Origin: a virus
Taxonomy: Duplodnaviria > Heunggongvirae > Uroviricota > Caudoviricetes
DNA: 24,429 nt
IMG/VR virus record: IMGVR_UViG_2526164634_000030
Coordinates: 1-24,429 of that record
Direction: 5' to 3' (one strand)
Shown here: in pieces, positions 9,970 through 17,243 of the stretch
Layout of the letters: each line of letters begins with the position of its first letter
Position numbering within the stretch: position 1 is the stretch's first letter
Notes under the pieces: generated by a model
The model's database searches: none
The model's input: only the letters and a program-made list of their open reading frames with translations
What the model was told of the DNA's origin: nothing
Program-made: the position numbers and the translations under genes

Positions 9970-10249
9970 CACCCGAAACAGCCACTTTGATATCTTCCTG
10001 GGTTCTCTGTGACTCCAGTGCGATCTGCTGTTTTGCATGCTGGTTAGCCTCTATAACTGTATTGATGATTTGCAGAGATTGCAGGACGTTACTGGTAATG
10101 GCTGTTGCAGATTCAGCATTTCGTACAGCCTCATCAGCACGCTCCTTTTCGTGCTGATATTTGCTGTAGTAATGCCCGGCAGACCAGATAAAAGAACCGA
10201 TGACGGTAACAAAGAAGGCAACAATAACCAGCTTATATCTCAGCTTCAT
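9857..10249 (-). CDS. Rz-like inner-membrane spanin (130 aa)
   Basis: N-terminal transmembrane segment (LVIVAFFVTVIGSFIW) followed by a charged, probably helical periplasmic domain; directly downstream of the endolysin with a short overlap. Confidence 0.5.
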   Translation of the reverse strand: MKLRYKLVIVAFFVTVIGSFIWSAGHYYSKYQHEKERADEAVRNAESATAITSNVLQSLQIINTVIEANQHAKQQIALESQRTQEDIKVAVSGDDCAVRIVPSGAVKRLHEYANGIRVGAGRSVTSQSDG

Positions 10250-10709
10250 TTACCACCCCACCCGCTTCTTTAAATCGGGCAATCAGGTCACCGATTCTAT
10301 GTTCATACTGACCGTAACCAGCCCCCGGCAACGAAGCCCAGATATTGCTGCAACGGTCGATTGCCTGACGAATATCGCCGCGGTCAATCATCGGTAAAGC
10401 GCCACGCTCTTTAATCTGCTGCAGCGCTACAGCATCCTGGCTTTCTGGAGAAAAATCTTTCAGGCCAAGTTGCTTGCGGTAGGCATCCCACCAGCGTGAA
10501 AGAAGCTGGTAGCGACCGGCTGCTGTTGATTTGAGTTTGAGGTTTAGCGTGACAAGTTTGCGGGGGTGATCGGAGTAATCAGTGAACAGTTCGCCACCGA
10601 CAATAACATCATAACCGTGATTTCTGGTTTTCTGCCGTCCGTTATCTGTTCCTTCTGACCATGCCACCATATCAAGGAAAGCTTTACGCTGGGAATTCAG
10701 TGTCTGCAT
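10233..10709 (-). CDS. Endolysin, lambda R-type lytic transglycosylase (158 aa)
   Basis: Near-identical over its length to lambda R as I recall it (…NQRKAFLDMxAWSEGTDNGRQKTRNHGYDVIVGGELFTDYSDHPRKLVTLN…); same length. Confidence 0.85.
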   Translation of the reverse strand: MQTLNSQRKAFLDMVAWSEGTDNGRQKTRNHGYDVIVGGELFTDYSDHPRKLVTLNLKLKSTAAGRYQLLSRWWDAYRKQLGLKDFSPESQDAVALQQIKERGALPMIDRGDIRQAIDRCSNIWASLPGAGYGQYEHRIGDLIARFKEAGGVVNEAEI

Positions 10710-10712
10710 TAA

Positions 10713-11063
10713 TTACTCCTTATGGGCACCGAACTTGTTACCGATGACCCTCATTGCCGCACCACGAATAGCATCAACACCAATCAGCCCCACCCCACCA
10801 CCAATGGCAACAGAAAGTGATTTAGGCCATCCGACATACTCAAGCGCGGATGCAAAGGTCAGCGTCAGAGCACCACAAAGCAGAATCTCAAGCGTTTTTC
10901 GTTTCCAGCCGCCGCCACCGCCAAAATAGGCAATGCGCAAACCAGCCATAATAATTGACATAACCACTGCACCCAGCGGCGTATCTCCACGCCACCAACT
11001 TTGTAAGAGTTCCAGTAAGTCAGGCCAGGAATGAGGGGCATTGTGCATTTTCATAAGCCTCAC
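10713..11063 (-). CDS. Holin, class I-like with three predicted TM segments (116 aa) and a possible dual-start motif
   Basis: Immediately upstream of the endolysin; hydrophobic segments LGAVVMSIIMAGLRIAYF, LEILLCGALTLTFASALEY and SVAIGGGVGLIGVDAI; N-terminus MRLMKMH has Met at codons 1, 4 and 6 separated by basic residues. Confidence 0.65.
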   Translation of the reverse strand: MRLMKMHNAPHSWPDLLELLQSWWRGDTPLGAVVMSIIMAGLRIAYFGGGGGWKRKTLEILLCGALTLTFASALEYVGWPKSLSVAIGGGVGLIGVDAIRGAAMRVIGNKFGAHKE

Positions 11064-11142
11064 CTCCGAGAGTTCGGATGGTGCTAAGTGTAAGATTCAG
11101 GCTCTCAGGCTTGCTAACAAGAAGTCGAGGATGTTTCCGGAG

Positions 11143-11178
11143 CCTAACAACGAAAAAGCCCCGGGACATGCCGGGGCC
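11143..11178 (-). terminator. Rho-independent terminator-like hairpin downstream of the moron gene, upstream of holin
   Basis: Stem 11158-11164 (GCCCCGG) pairs with 11171-11177; 6-nt loop; on the minus strand it is followed by TTTTTCGTTGT. Confidence 0.4.
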
Positions 11179-11271
11179 AGATGGAGTGCCAGATTAAGCT
11201 TCTGGCGGTATATACTCGTGTTTGATATCGTTAAATCGCCAAAAGTAACAATTCAAACAAAGAGGATTTTT

Positions 11272-11433
11272 ATGTCTGAAAAAAACAAGCCACAAGGTGA
11301 AAATAAACCTCAGCAACCCGTGGCACCAAAACCAACTCCAACACAAAGTACTGCGGACTTTGCTACACGTCGTGTTTTTGTTGGAGATTCTGCCGACTCA
11401 GTCATTGAACATATAAAAAAACAGCCGAGATAA
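11272..11433 (+). CDS. Small hypothetical protein (53 aa, MSEKNKPQGENKPQQPVAPKPTPTQSTADFATRRVFVGDSADSVIEHIKKQPR)
   Basis: Strong Shine-Dalgarno (AAAGAGGA, 5 nt spacer) before the ATG at 11272; convergent with, and overlapping by about 30 nt, the 3' end of the moron gene. Could be spurious. Confidence 0.25.
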   Translation: MSEKNKPQGENKPQQPVAPKPTPTQSTADFATRRVFVGDSADSVIEHIKKQPR

Positions 11434-11971
11434 ACATCGCCGCTACCGGAGCAAGGATGGTATACATCCTTGCTTTATCGAGACTCGTGCGGATTTTCTC
11501 ATTTTCCAACAGTAACTCTCTTGCTGTATCACTCAAGTCAACAAGGCGATACCTTCGTATAAGCGGCAATAACTTATCAGGTCCTAAATATCCTGCATCA
11601 GCGAATATTTTAAAGCTCGAGGGCTCCATATCCTTATATTTTTCATGATATAGATGATCAGGAGGGGCATTGATCAGGCCCCTAACCTTCACAGATAAAC
11701 CAGTACATACCAAGTAAATGGCGCACCATGTCCATAGTAATGTAAATGTGGTAATTCCGGCGGTGAGAAAATCGAAATTAGTTTTCTGTGTCAGCAATAA
11801 AAAAGATGAGCCAATTCCAACAATCTGAATGTTCAGAAGTTTGTATCCATTCTCAACATTGGTTTTGTTAGAAAGATGAATCTCTCGTATCGTCTCTTCC
11901 CCTTGTTTTTCAAGATAATCGACGAGCTCATCATCTACTCCTAAAAAATAATCTTTAGGTAGTTCTCTCAT
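11402..11971 (-). CDS. AT-rich membrane protein of unknown function (189 aa); moron between tR' and the lysis cassette
   Basis: GGAGGTG SD just before the ATG; markedly lower GC than flanking genes; predicted TM segments (IVGIGSSFLLLTQ, ITTFTLLWTWCAIYLVCTGL, MYTILAPVAAMFISAVFLYVQ); flanked by terminator-like hairpins on both sides. Confidence 0.55.
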   Translation of the reverse strand: MRELPKDYFLGVDDELVDYLEKQGEETIREIHLSNKTNVENGYKLLNIQIVGIGSSFLLLTQKTNFDFLTAGITTFTLLWTWCAIYLVCTGLSVKVRGLINAPPDHLYHEKYKDMEPSSFKIFADAGYLGPDKLLPLIRRYRLVDLSDTARELLLENEKIRTSLDKARMYTILAPVAAMFISAVFLYVQ

Positions 11972-12077
11972 CTCACCTCCACATCCTGTACTGAAAACAA
12001 TTTTACCAGAATGTCTCGATTCTAGGTATTCCGCCAGGAATCGCGCTCCAGAAATGAAACATCAGGTTCGCCAGTAC

Positions 12078-12109
12078 CAGAAACAACAAAACCCGCTCAA
12101 TGGCGGGTT
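12078..12109 (-). terminator. tR'-like rho-independent terminator downstream of the Q-like gene
   Basis: Stem AACCCGC (12090-12096) / GCGGGTT (12103-12109) with 6-nt loop; on the minus strand it is followed by TTTTGTTGTTTCT. The position matches lambda-type pR'-tR' architecture. Confidence 0.5.
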
Positions 12110-12192
12110 CTGGTAAAGTTCATGCGCTTGGTTCGCCTCGCGATACAGCTTTGCGAAGCATACCGGAATTGAAGCAGTTTATGCGTAAAAAA
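12110..12192 (-). promoter_or_regulatory. Probable late promoter (pR'-like) region between Q stop and the tR'-like terminator
   Basis: Inferred from position only; AT-rich with -35/-10-like hexamers on the minus strand (TTGATT ... TTCAAT). Not verifiable from sequence alone. Confidence 0.3.
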
Positions 12193-12735
12193 TCAAGCTA
12201 TTTTTTGAGCAAATGATTCTCGCATGGGAATATATAGGGCATACTCAGCAACAGCCAACCAATTAGCAATTCGCTTTTCGCATGTGCTAAAACACCACTC
12301 AGGATGTGCATCATTTAGCAATTCAGCCATTTTGCGCTTAGTCATCCCCCGTCCTTCATACCGTTGCCGGAGGACACTAATCAATCCAGGATGCTCTGCC
12401 AGCACCTCACTTATGACTCTATCAATACATAACGCCTCTGCATCAGTACAATGCGCCAGCCAGGTCTTTTGCTTGCCATTGATCATCTCTCGCAAAAACG
12501 CTTCCAGCTCAGGTTTCTCTATTCCCGCTTTTTTCATCCTGCGCAGGGCTTCATTGACGGCTGTTTTCGTCAATTTTTTGGATGCCAGCAACTGGTTAAA
12601 CATATTTCCCGTCTTACCGCCGCCAATATACGACCAGCGCCCCCACATGCGCAGTTTTCCCTGAATCCAGACACTTTCCAGCGTGGTGAGACGAAGGTGT
12701 TCCCCGCTTTTGCCTGTATTTGTTGGGTAAATCAT
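12193..12735 (-). CDS. Late-gene antiterminator Q-like protein (about 180 aa from internal start MIYPTNTGKSG)
   Basis: AAGGAAGG SD before the ATG at 12735; LRMWGRWSY motif reminiscent of one Q family; C-terminal HTH-like segment; position immediately upstream of pR'/tR' and the lysis genes. The track ORF (220 aa) is longer and overlaps the upstream gene. Confidence 0.55.
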   Translation of the reverse strand: MIYPTNTGKSGEHLRLTTLESVWIQGKLRMWGRWSYIGGGKTGNMFNQLLASKKLTKTAVNEALRRMKKAGIEKPELEAFLREMINGKQKTWLAHCTDAEALCIDRVISEVLAEHPGLISVLRQRYEGRGMTKRKMAELLNDAHPEWCFSTCEKRIANWLAVAEYALYIPMRESFAQKIA

Positions 12736-13022
12736 AAATAACCTTCCTTTCTCCAGATTTCTTGTGTGCGAAAAACACCTTCTGCATACATCAGGCGTAA
12801 TTCTTCTTTGGTGTAATCGCTGGTTTTTACCCGCCCGTCGATTAAATCGTGGCATGAGCTACAGGCAATCGCTGCCTGCATATCGTGTGGTTTTGTCGCT
12901 GTTCCGCACGTCCCCGCCAGCCTGTAATGCGCCAGCACAGAAGTTTCGGGATTGTGATTGCAGTAGCCAGGGATTCTGACCTGGCACATCTGGCCCCGCG
13001 CTGCTTTACGTAAACTCACCAT
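12732..13022 (-). CDS. DUF1364-type Cys-rich nin-region protein, YbcO-like (96 aa)
   Basis: Closely resembles DLP12 YbcO as recalled (…LRKAARGxxCQVRIPGxCNxNPETSVLAH…GTxTKP…IACSxCHD…); Cys/His zinc-binding pattern. Confidence 0.75.
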   Translation of the reverse strand: MVSLRKAARGQMCQVRIPGYCNHNPETSVLAHYRLAGTCGTATKPHDMQAAIACSSCHDLIDGRVKTSDYTKEELRLMYAEGVFRTQEIWRKEGYL

Positions 13023-13621
13023 TACGCAAACTCCAGTAGCTGCGCGGCCACATTTTCGACTTCCTCCGGAGAGGAAAATTTACGGAACAGGATCCAGTTC
13101 CACAGCACATTCAGTACAGATTTATAAACCTGCTGAAACTCGGTTTCGTCCATGTTCGCAAATGCGATAGATTTTGCCCTGCGCCCGCGGCTACCGTCTG
13201 GATAAATATGCTCGGTGTAAAATCCGGCCTGAATGGTTACCCACTCGCGGAAAGCCTCAAACGACTTTAGCAATGCCGTATCCCGGGTTCTGCGTGTCGC
13301 AACTGTATTCAGATATTGCTCTGCGGCTTCGCTCAGAGCTGGCGTATGTTCCCGACCTACTGATTCGCACAGGTACTCAACGAAGCCTGATACCAGTTCT
13401 CGTTCTCGAGGCGTGATCACCCCACCGCTCGGAGTCCAGTAATCGAATCCCAGTTGCAGGAGTTTGAAAAAACGCTTGTGAAATGCGTAGTTACGCACAC
13501 GCTTAAAGTCTGCGTGTATCCACTCACCTATTTTGATTTGATGCAAAAAATCGCAACTCTCCGGCGTCGCCGGGAGAAGTAATCCGGAAGAGGTTTGTTT
13601 GACCAGTTGTATATGCGCCAT
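13022..13621 (-). CDS. Conserved lambdoid nin-region protein (199 aa), DUF1367-like
   Basis: Position between the immunity-side genes and the YbcO-like/Q genes; sequence type recalled from Stx/lambdoid nin regions, unverified. Confidence 0.5.
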   Translation of the reverse strand: MAHIQLVKQTSSGLLLPATPESCDFLHQIKIGEWIHADFKRVRNYAFHKRFFKLLQLGFDYWTPSGGVITPRERELVSGFVEYLCESVGREHTPALSEAAEQYLNTVATRRTRDTALLKSFEAFREWVTIQAGFYTEHIYPDGSRGRRAKSIAFANMDETEFQQVYKSVLNVLWNWILFRKFSSPEEVENVAAQLLEFA

Positions 13622-13692
13622 CGTAGTTCTCCGCTGGCGCAGTAGAATGGGTGTTCAGCCCGTTATGTAGTATACCAGAATTAATGCCAATA

Positions 13693-13944
13693 CTAACATG
13701 ATGCTCTGACTCGCAATTCATCCAGCAGTTTATCATTTCCCATAATGTCACTTACCCTCATCGGTAAAAAAATTGCCTTTCGACCATTACGATACATCAT
13801 TGATTTTGGGGTTTCAGGGAAGTAATCCATTTCGACTATAACTGACAGGTCATCACGACGTATGACTGCGTATTTGCTACTAAATAGTCTCTTTATTTTT
13901 TCCACGATGCCTCCAGGTTTATAAGTACAAACGGTTATATCCAC
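13693..13944 (-). CDS. Hypothetical small protein (83 aa), first ORF of the nin-side operon
   Basis: ORF track only; no convincing SD; moderately AT-rich. Confidence 0.3.
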   Translation of the reverse strand: MDITVCTYKPGGIVEKIKRLFSSKYAVIRRDDLSVIVEMDYFPETPKSMMYRNGRKAIFLPMRVSDIMGNDKLLDELRVRASC

Positions 13945-14083
13945 ATAGAGACAAAAATATTAATCTGAAAAATATTTATTTCACGCCGTATATTTGATTG
14001 TTTAATGTGCAGGTACAATGACTTTTATTTTTTGTTGTGTATATAATCAAATATATGGTTATTTTTCACCCTGCGCATTCAGC

Positions 14084-14112
14084 GCGCAACAAAAAACCCG
14101 CCGAAGCGGGTT
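14084..14112 (-). terminator. Rho-independent terminator at the 3' end of the hok transcript
   Basis: Stem CCCGC (14097-14101) / GCGGG (14106-14110), loop CGAA; on the minus strand it is followed by TTTTTTGTTG. Confidence 0.55.
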
Positions 14113-14182
14113 AAGTGCGGGTGCGTTGAGGATGCCTGACACATCAGAGGTGGCGGGAGATTACTCTCCCGCCTAGTCACTC

Positions 14183-14338
14183 TTACTTCTCAGATTCGTA
14201 GTCCACGAAGACAGCAACCTCCGTCTGGCCGGTTCGGATTCGTACCTCGCAGAGGTCTTTCCTCGTTACCAGTGCCGTCACTATGACGGTTAAACAGATG
14301 ACGATAAGGGCGATTAACATCGCCTTTTGCTGCTTCAT
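14183..14338 (-). CDS. hok: Hok/Gef-family type I toxin (51 aa, MKQQKAMLIALIVICLTVIVTALVTRKDLCEVRIRTGQTEVAVFVDYESEK)
   Basis: Near-identical to HokD/RelF-type Hok peptides as recalled: single TM helix followed by the conserved CEVRIRTGQTEVAVF motif. The track ORF extends in frame upstream to 14395. Confidence 0.85.
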   Translation of the reverse strand: MKQQKAMLIALIVICLTVIVTALVTRKDLCEVRIRTGQTEVAVFVDYESEK

Positions 14339-14895
14339 AGCCTGCTTCTCCTTGCCTTTCGGCACGTAAGAGGCTAACCTACATTTGTGAGACATAGATT
14401 GGGCCTCAGATTAATGTTAAGCGTCTTGTAGGACGCGTAATGTTAACTGGGGCTTTTCTCTATCTGCCTTTTGGTGTTCATGCCTGAGGCAGATAGCCTC
14501 AAGCACCCGCAGCAATTCTAACTATCCAATAGATCAATGCCAACTTCTTTTCCTGCAACATCTCTCATCATAAGTGACCAAAATTCATCCAATCAGCACA
14601 AAAGAAACATTTAAAGCGTGAATGCTACCGAACGTTCATTTCAATTACATCGTTTTGATTTTTAACAGTTTTTACCTCAACAAATCAAATGGCATTAGCA
14701 TTCATCATGGAAGAAAGACTGATAAAAATGATCATTTTCAATGACTTATGATCACACCGGGTATTGCCAAGTCATTCCTTTTACGCCAGGATACCCACAA
14801 GTGAGTAGTCGAGGAGAGTTTGCCAATTTTTGCGATATAAATTTCAATGTCCGAAGAACCATTAATTGTTAATTGATTCTGTATAAGGTATTAAC

Positions 14896-15525
14896 ATGAC
14901 AATTTCATATATTCCTATTCTGAAAGCGAAACGTTCTGAGTTATCAGCTTTATCGCAGCTATCCATTGAAAAGAAATCAAAAATTTTGCCATTACTCGAA
15001 ATTGAACCAGTGCCAATTGACCCTGATTCAGGTATTGCCTTAAAGAGTTATAACGAGACTCTTATAGAGTTCGGAAAGAAAGTCTCAAAATCTTGCTCAG
15101 ATATGCAAGGTGTTTATATTGATGGATTATTAATTGAAGAGCATTTTATTTCTCCTGAAGATCATTACCCTATAATAAATGCGGTTAATCAAGTTAGAGA
15201 TATGGGGATAAGAGTTATTCCTGTCAGTTCACCAACTCGCCCATCTAACTATAAAGGAGCGATTGATGAATTAATGCAGAATGAAATATGCTTGAGATTA
15301 ACCACGTTAGATCTGGTTAACCCACAATTAATAACGCATTACATTAATCATCTGGGAATTCCTTTATCAAATATTGATATAATTATTGACTTAAGAGATG
15401 AGTTAACCGAGGATAAACTTAATTCCGGCGAACTATATACTTTGGCAATGGGATTGATAAACAATCTGGCGCACCTCAATGAATACAGAAAAGTGATTCT
15501 TTCTGGGGGTTCATTTCCTAGGTAA
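14896..15525 (+). CDS. AT-rich orphan protein of unknown function (209 aa as read; last codons and stop are supplied by the IS1 terminus)
   Basis: AAGG SD about 8 nt before the ATG; long uninterrupted ORF in a strongly AT-biased stretch; Lys/Ile/Asn/Leu-rich; ends ...ILSGGSFPR with Arg and stop read from the first bases of IS1. Confidence 0.5.
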   Translation: MTISYIPILKAKRSELSALSQLSIEKKSKILPLLEIEPVPIDPDSGIALKSYNETLIEFGKKVSKSCSDMQGVYIDGLLIEEHFISPEDHYPIINAVNQVRDMGIRVIPVSSPTRPSNYKGAIDELMQNEICLRLTTLDLVNPQLITHYINHLGIPLSNIDIIIDLRDELTEDKLNSGELYTLAMGLINNLAHLNEYRKVILSGGSFPR

Positions 15526-15535
15526 TGACTCCAAC

Positions 15536-16039
15536 TTATTGATAGTGTTTTATGTTCAGATAATGCCCGATGACTTTGTCATGCAGCTCCACCGATTTTG
15601 AGAACGACAGCGACTTCCGTCCCAGCCGTGCCAGGTGCTGCCTCAGATTCAGGTTATGCCGCTCAATTCGCTGCGTATATCGCTTGCTGATTACGTGCAG
15701 CTTTCCCTTCAGGCGGGATTCATACAGCGGCCAGCCATCCGTCATCCATATCACCACGTCAAAGGGTGACAGCAGGCTCATAAGACGCCCCAGCGTCGCC
15801 ATAGTGCGTTCACCGAATACGTGCGCAACAACCGTCTTCCGGAGCCTGTCATACGCGTAAAACAGCCAGCGCTGGCGCGATTTAGCCCCGACGTATCCCC
15901 ACTGTTCGTCCATTTCCGCGCAGACGATGACGTCACTGCCCGGCTGTATGCGCGAGGTTACCGACTGCGGCCTGAGTTTTTTAAATGGCGGAAAATCGTG
16001 TTGAGGCCAACGCCCATAATGCGGGCGGTTGCCCGGCAT
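15536..16039 (-). CDS. insB: IS1 InsB (167 aa; translated as InsAB' transposase by -1 frameshifting)
   Basis: Matches IS1 InsB as recalled (…[72 protein letters not shown]). Confidence 0.9.
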   Translation of the reverse strand: MPGNRPHYGRWPQHDFPPFKKLRPQSVTSRIQPGSDVIVCAEMDEQWGYVGAKSRQRWLFYAYDRLRKTVVAHVFGERTMATLGRLMSLLSPFDVVIWMTDGWPLYESRLKGKLHVISKRYTQRIERHNLNLRQHLARLGRKSLSFSKSVELHDKVIGHYLNIKHYQ

Positions 16040-16233
16040 CCAACGCCATTCATGGCCATATCAATGATTTTCTGGTGCGTACCGGGTTGAGAAGCGGTGT
16101 AAGTGAACTGCAGTTGCCATGTTTTACGGCAGTGAGAGCAGAGATAGCGCTGATGTCCGGCGGTGCTTTTGCCGTTACGCACCACCCCGTCAGTAGCTGA
16201 ACAGGAGGGACAGCTGATAGAAACAGAAGCCAC
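15958..16233 (-). CDS. insA: IS1 InsA (91 aa)
   Basis: Matches IS1 InsA as recalled ([43 protein letters not shown]…). Confidence 0.9.
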   Translation of the reverse strand: MASVSISCPSCSATDGVVRNGKSTAGHQRYLCSHCRKTWQLQFTYTASQPGTHQKIIDMAMNGVGCRATARIMGVGLNTIFRHLKNSGRSR

Positions 16234-16777
16234 TGGAGCACCTCAAAAACACCATCATACACTAAATCAGTAAGTTGGCAGCATCACCCGATTTCCGAGA
16301 AAAATTCTTGATGAGTTGTTTCTCGCTGCGATCTGATGCTGAAAGCTAAAGCAAGTAGCCAGGCTTTGTCTTTATTATCCATCGGAATACCTTATTACTG
16401 GTTGTGTGAGAACTCCAGTATACCACCGAGCCTGAAGTGGTAAAAAGACAGGCGCACAACACGAAGGCGCATTTCCGGTATTCATAAAGAGTCGGTCTTG
16501 TCTGTTAAATTTAAATGGTGGGAGTGCGCCTCCGGTTGTAAATAACGACATTGCTATGTGTAGTCTTTGGCGGCATCAGTTCTACTCCGTGGCTGCCCTG
16601 TCGCCCCTTTTTAAAGTGAATTTTGTGATGCGGTGAATGCGGCTAAGCGCACGCGGCACAGTTAAAAGCATCAGTGTTATGGGTGGATTATCCGGCGTTA
16701 ATTGTTAACTGGTTAACGTCACCTGGAGGCACCAGGCACCGCATCGACAAAATTCATTTGTAAAAATGGAGATAATT

Positions 16778-16999
16778 ATGATTGCTCATCACTTCGGAAC
16801 TGATGAAATACCACGTCAGTGTGTGACCCCTGGCGATTATGTTCTTCATGAAGGTCGGACATATATCGCCTCGGCAAACAATATTAAAAAGCGAAAACTT
16901 TATATTCGTAGCCTGACTACAAAAACATGCATTTCTGACTGCATGATTAAAGTCTTCCTCGGTCGTGATGGTTTACCTGTAAAGGCGGAGTCATGGTAA
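16778..16999 (+). CDS. kilR: KilR-like cell-division inhibitor of Rac-type prophage (73 aa from [14 protein letters not shown])
   Basis: GGAG SD before the ATG at 16778; 73-aa product matches Rac KilR as recalled; followed by ydaE with a TAATG stop/start overlap. Confidence 0.7.
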   Translation: MIAHHFGTDEIPRQCVTPGDYVLHEGRTYIASANNIKKRKLYIRSLTTKTCISDCMIKVFLGRDGLPVKAESW

Positions 17000-17169
17000 T
17001 GACTAAGAAAATAAAATGTGCTTATCACCTTTGCAATAAAGAAATTGAAGAAAGCAAAATCATTACAAGACCACTTCATTTCATGCGTGGAGTTATACCA
17101 ACGACGGAAATGAAAAAATATTGTAGTGAAAGTTGTGCCGAAAAAGACCAGATGGCACACGAACTTTAA
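16999..17169 (+). CDS. ydaE: YdaE-like small Cys-rich metal-binding protein (56 aa, [20 protein letters not shown]…KKYCSESCAEKDQMAHEL)
   Basis: Not in the ORF track (under 60 aa); translated by hand. Four Cys in a CxxxxC…CxxxC pattern; matches Rac YdaE as recalled; start overlaps the kilR stop. Confidence 0.7.
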   Translation: MTKKIKCAYHLCNKEIEESKIITRPLHFMRGVIPTTEMKKYCSESCAEKDQMAHEL

Positions 17170-17243
17170 TTAACTGACTATTCGAAACTGAATTTATGCC
17201 AGCAATGGCAGGGATTCGCTCAACCTTAATTAAGGAGAAAAAC

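Larger units (their letters stand above)
15521..16288. mobile_element. Insertion sequence IS1, complete (768 bp)
   Basis: Terminal inverted repeats GGTAATGACTCCAACTTATTGAT (15521-) and ATCAGTAAGTTGGCAGCATCACC (-16288); contains insA and insB ORFs in the canonical overlapping arrangement. Confidence 0.95.

Noticed and set aside
12224-12741. Plus-strand ORFs of 146 and 96 aa
   Set aside because: Antisense to the Q-like gene; no independent support.
12736-12855. N-terminal 40 codons of the 220-aa Q-like track ORF
   Set aside because: Would overlap the upstream YbcO-like gene; the internal start at 12735 has a strong AAGGAAGG SD.
13524-13751. 75-aa minus-strand ORF
   Set aside because: Overlaps the start region of the nin-region gene at 13022-13621 in another frame and has no SD; likely spurious.
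14339-14395. In-frame N-terminal extension of hok giving a 70-aa ORF
   Set aside because: Hok toxins are about 50 aa and the conserved protein begins at MKQQKAM; the extension is probably untranslated leader, or relates to a mok-like coupling frame I could not resolve.
16050-16262. 70-aa minus-strand ORF within IS1
   Set aside because: Overlaps insA in another frame; IS1 is known to encode only InsA/InsB (InsAB').
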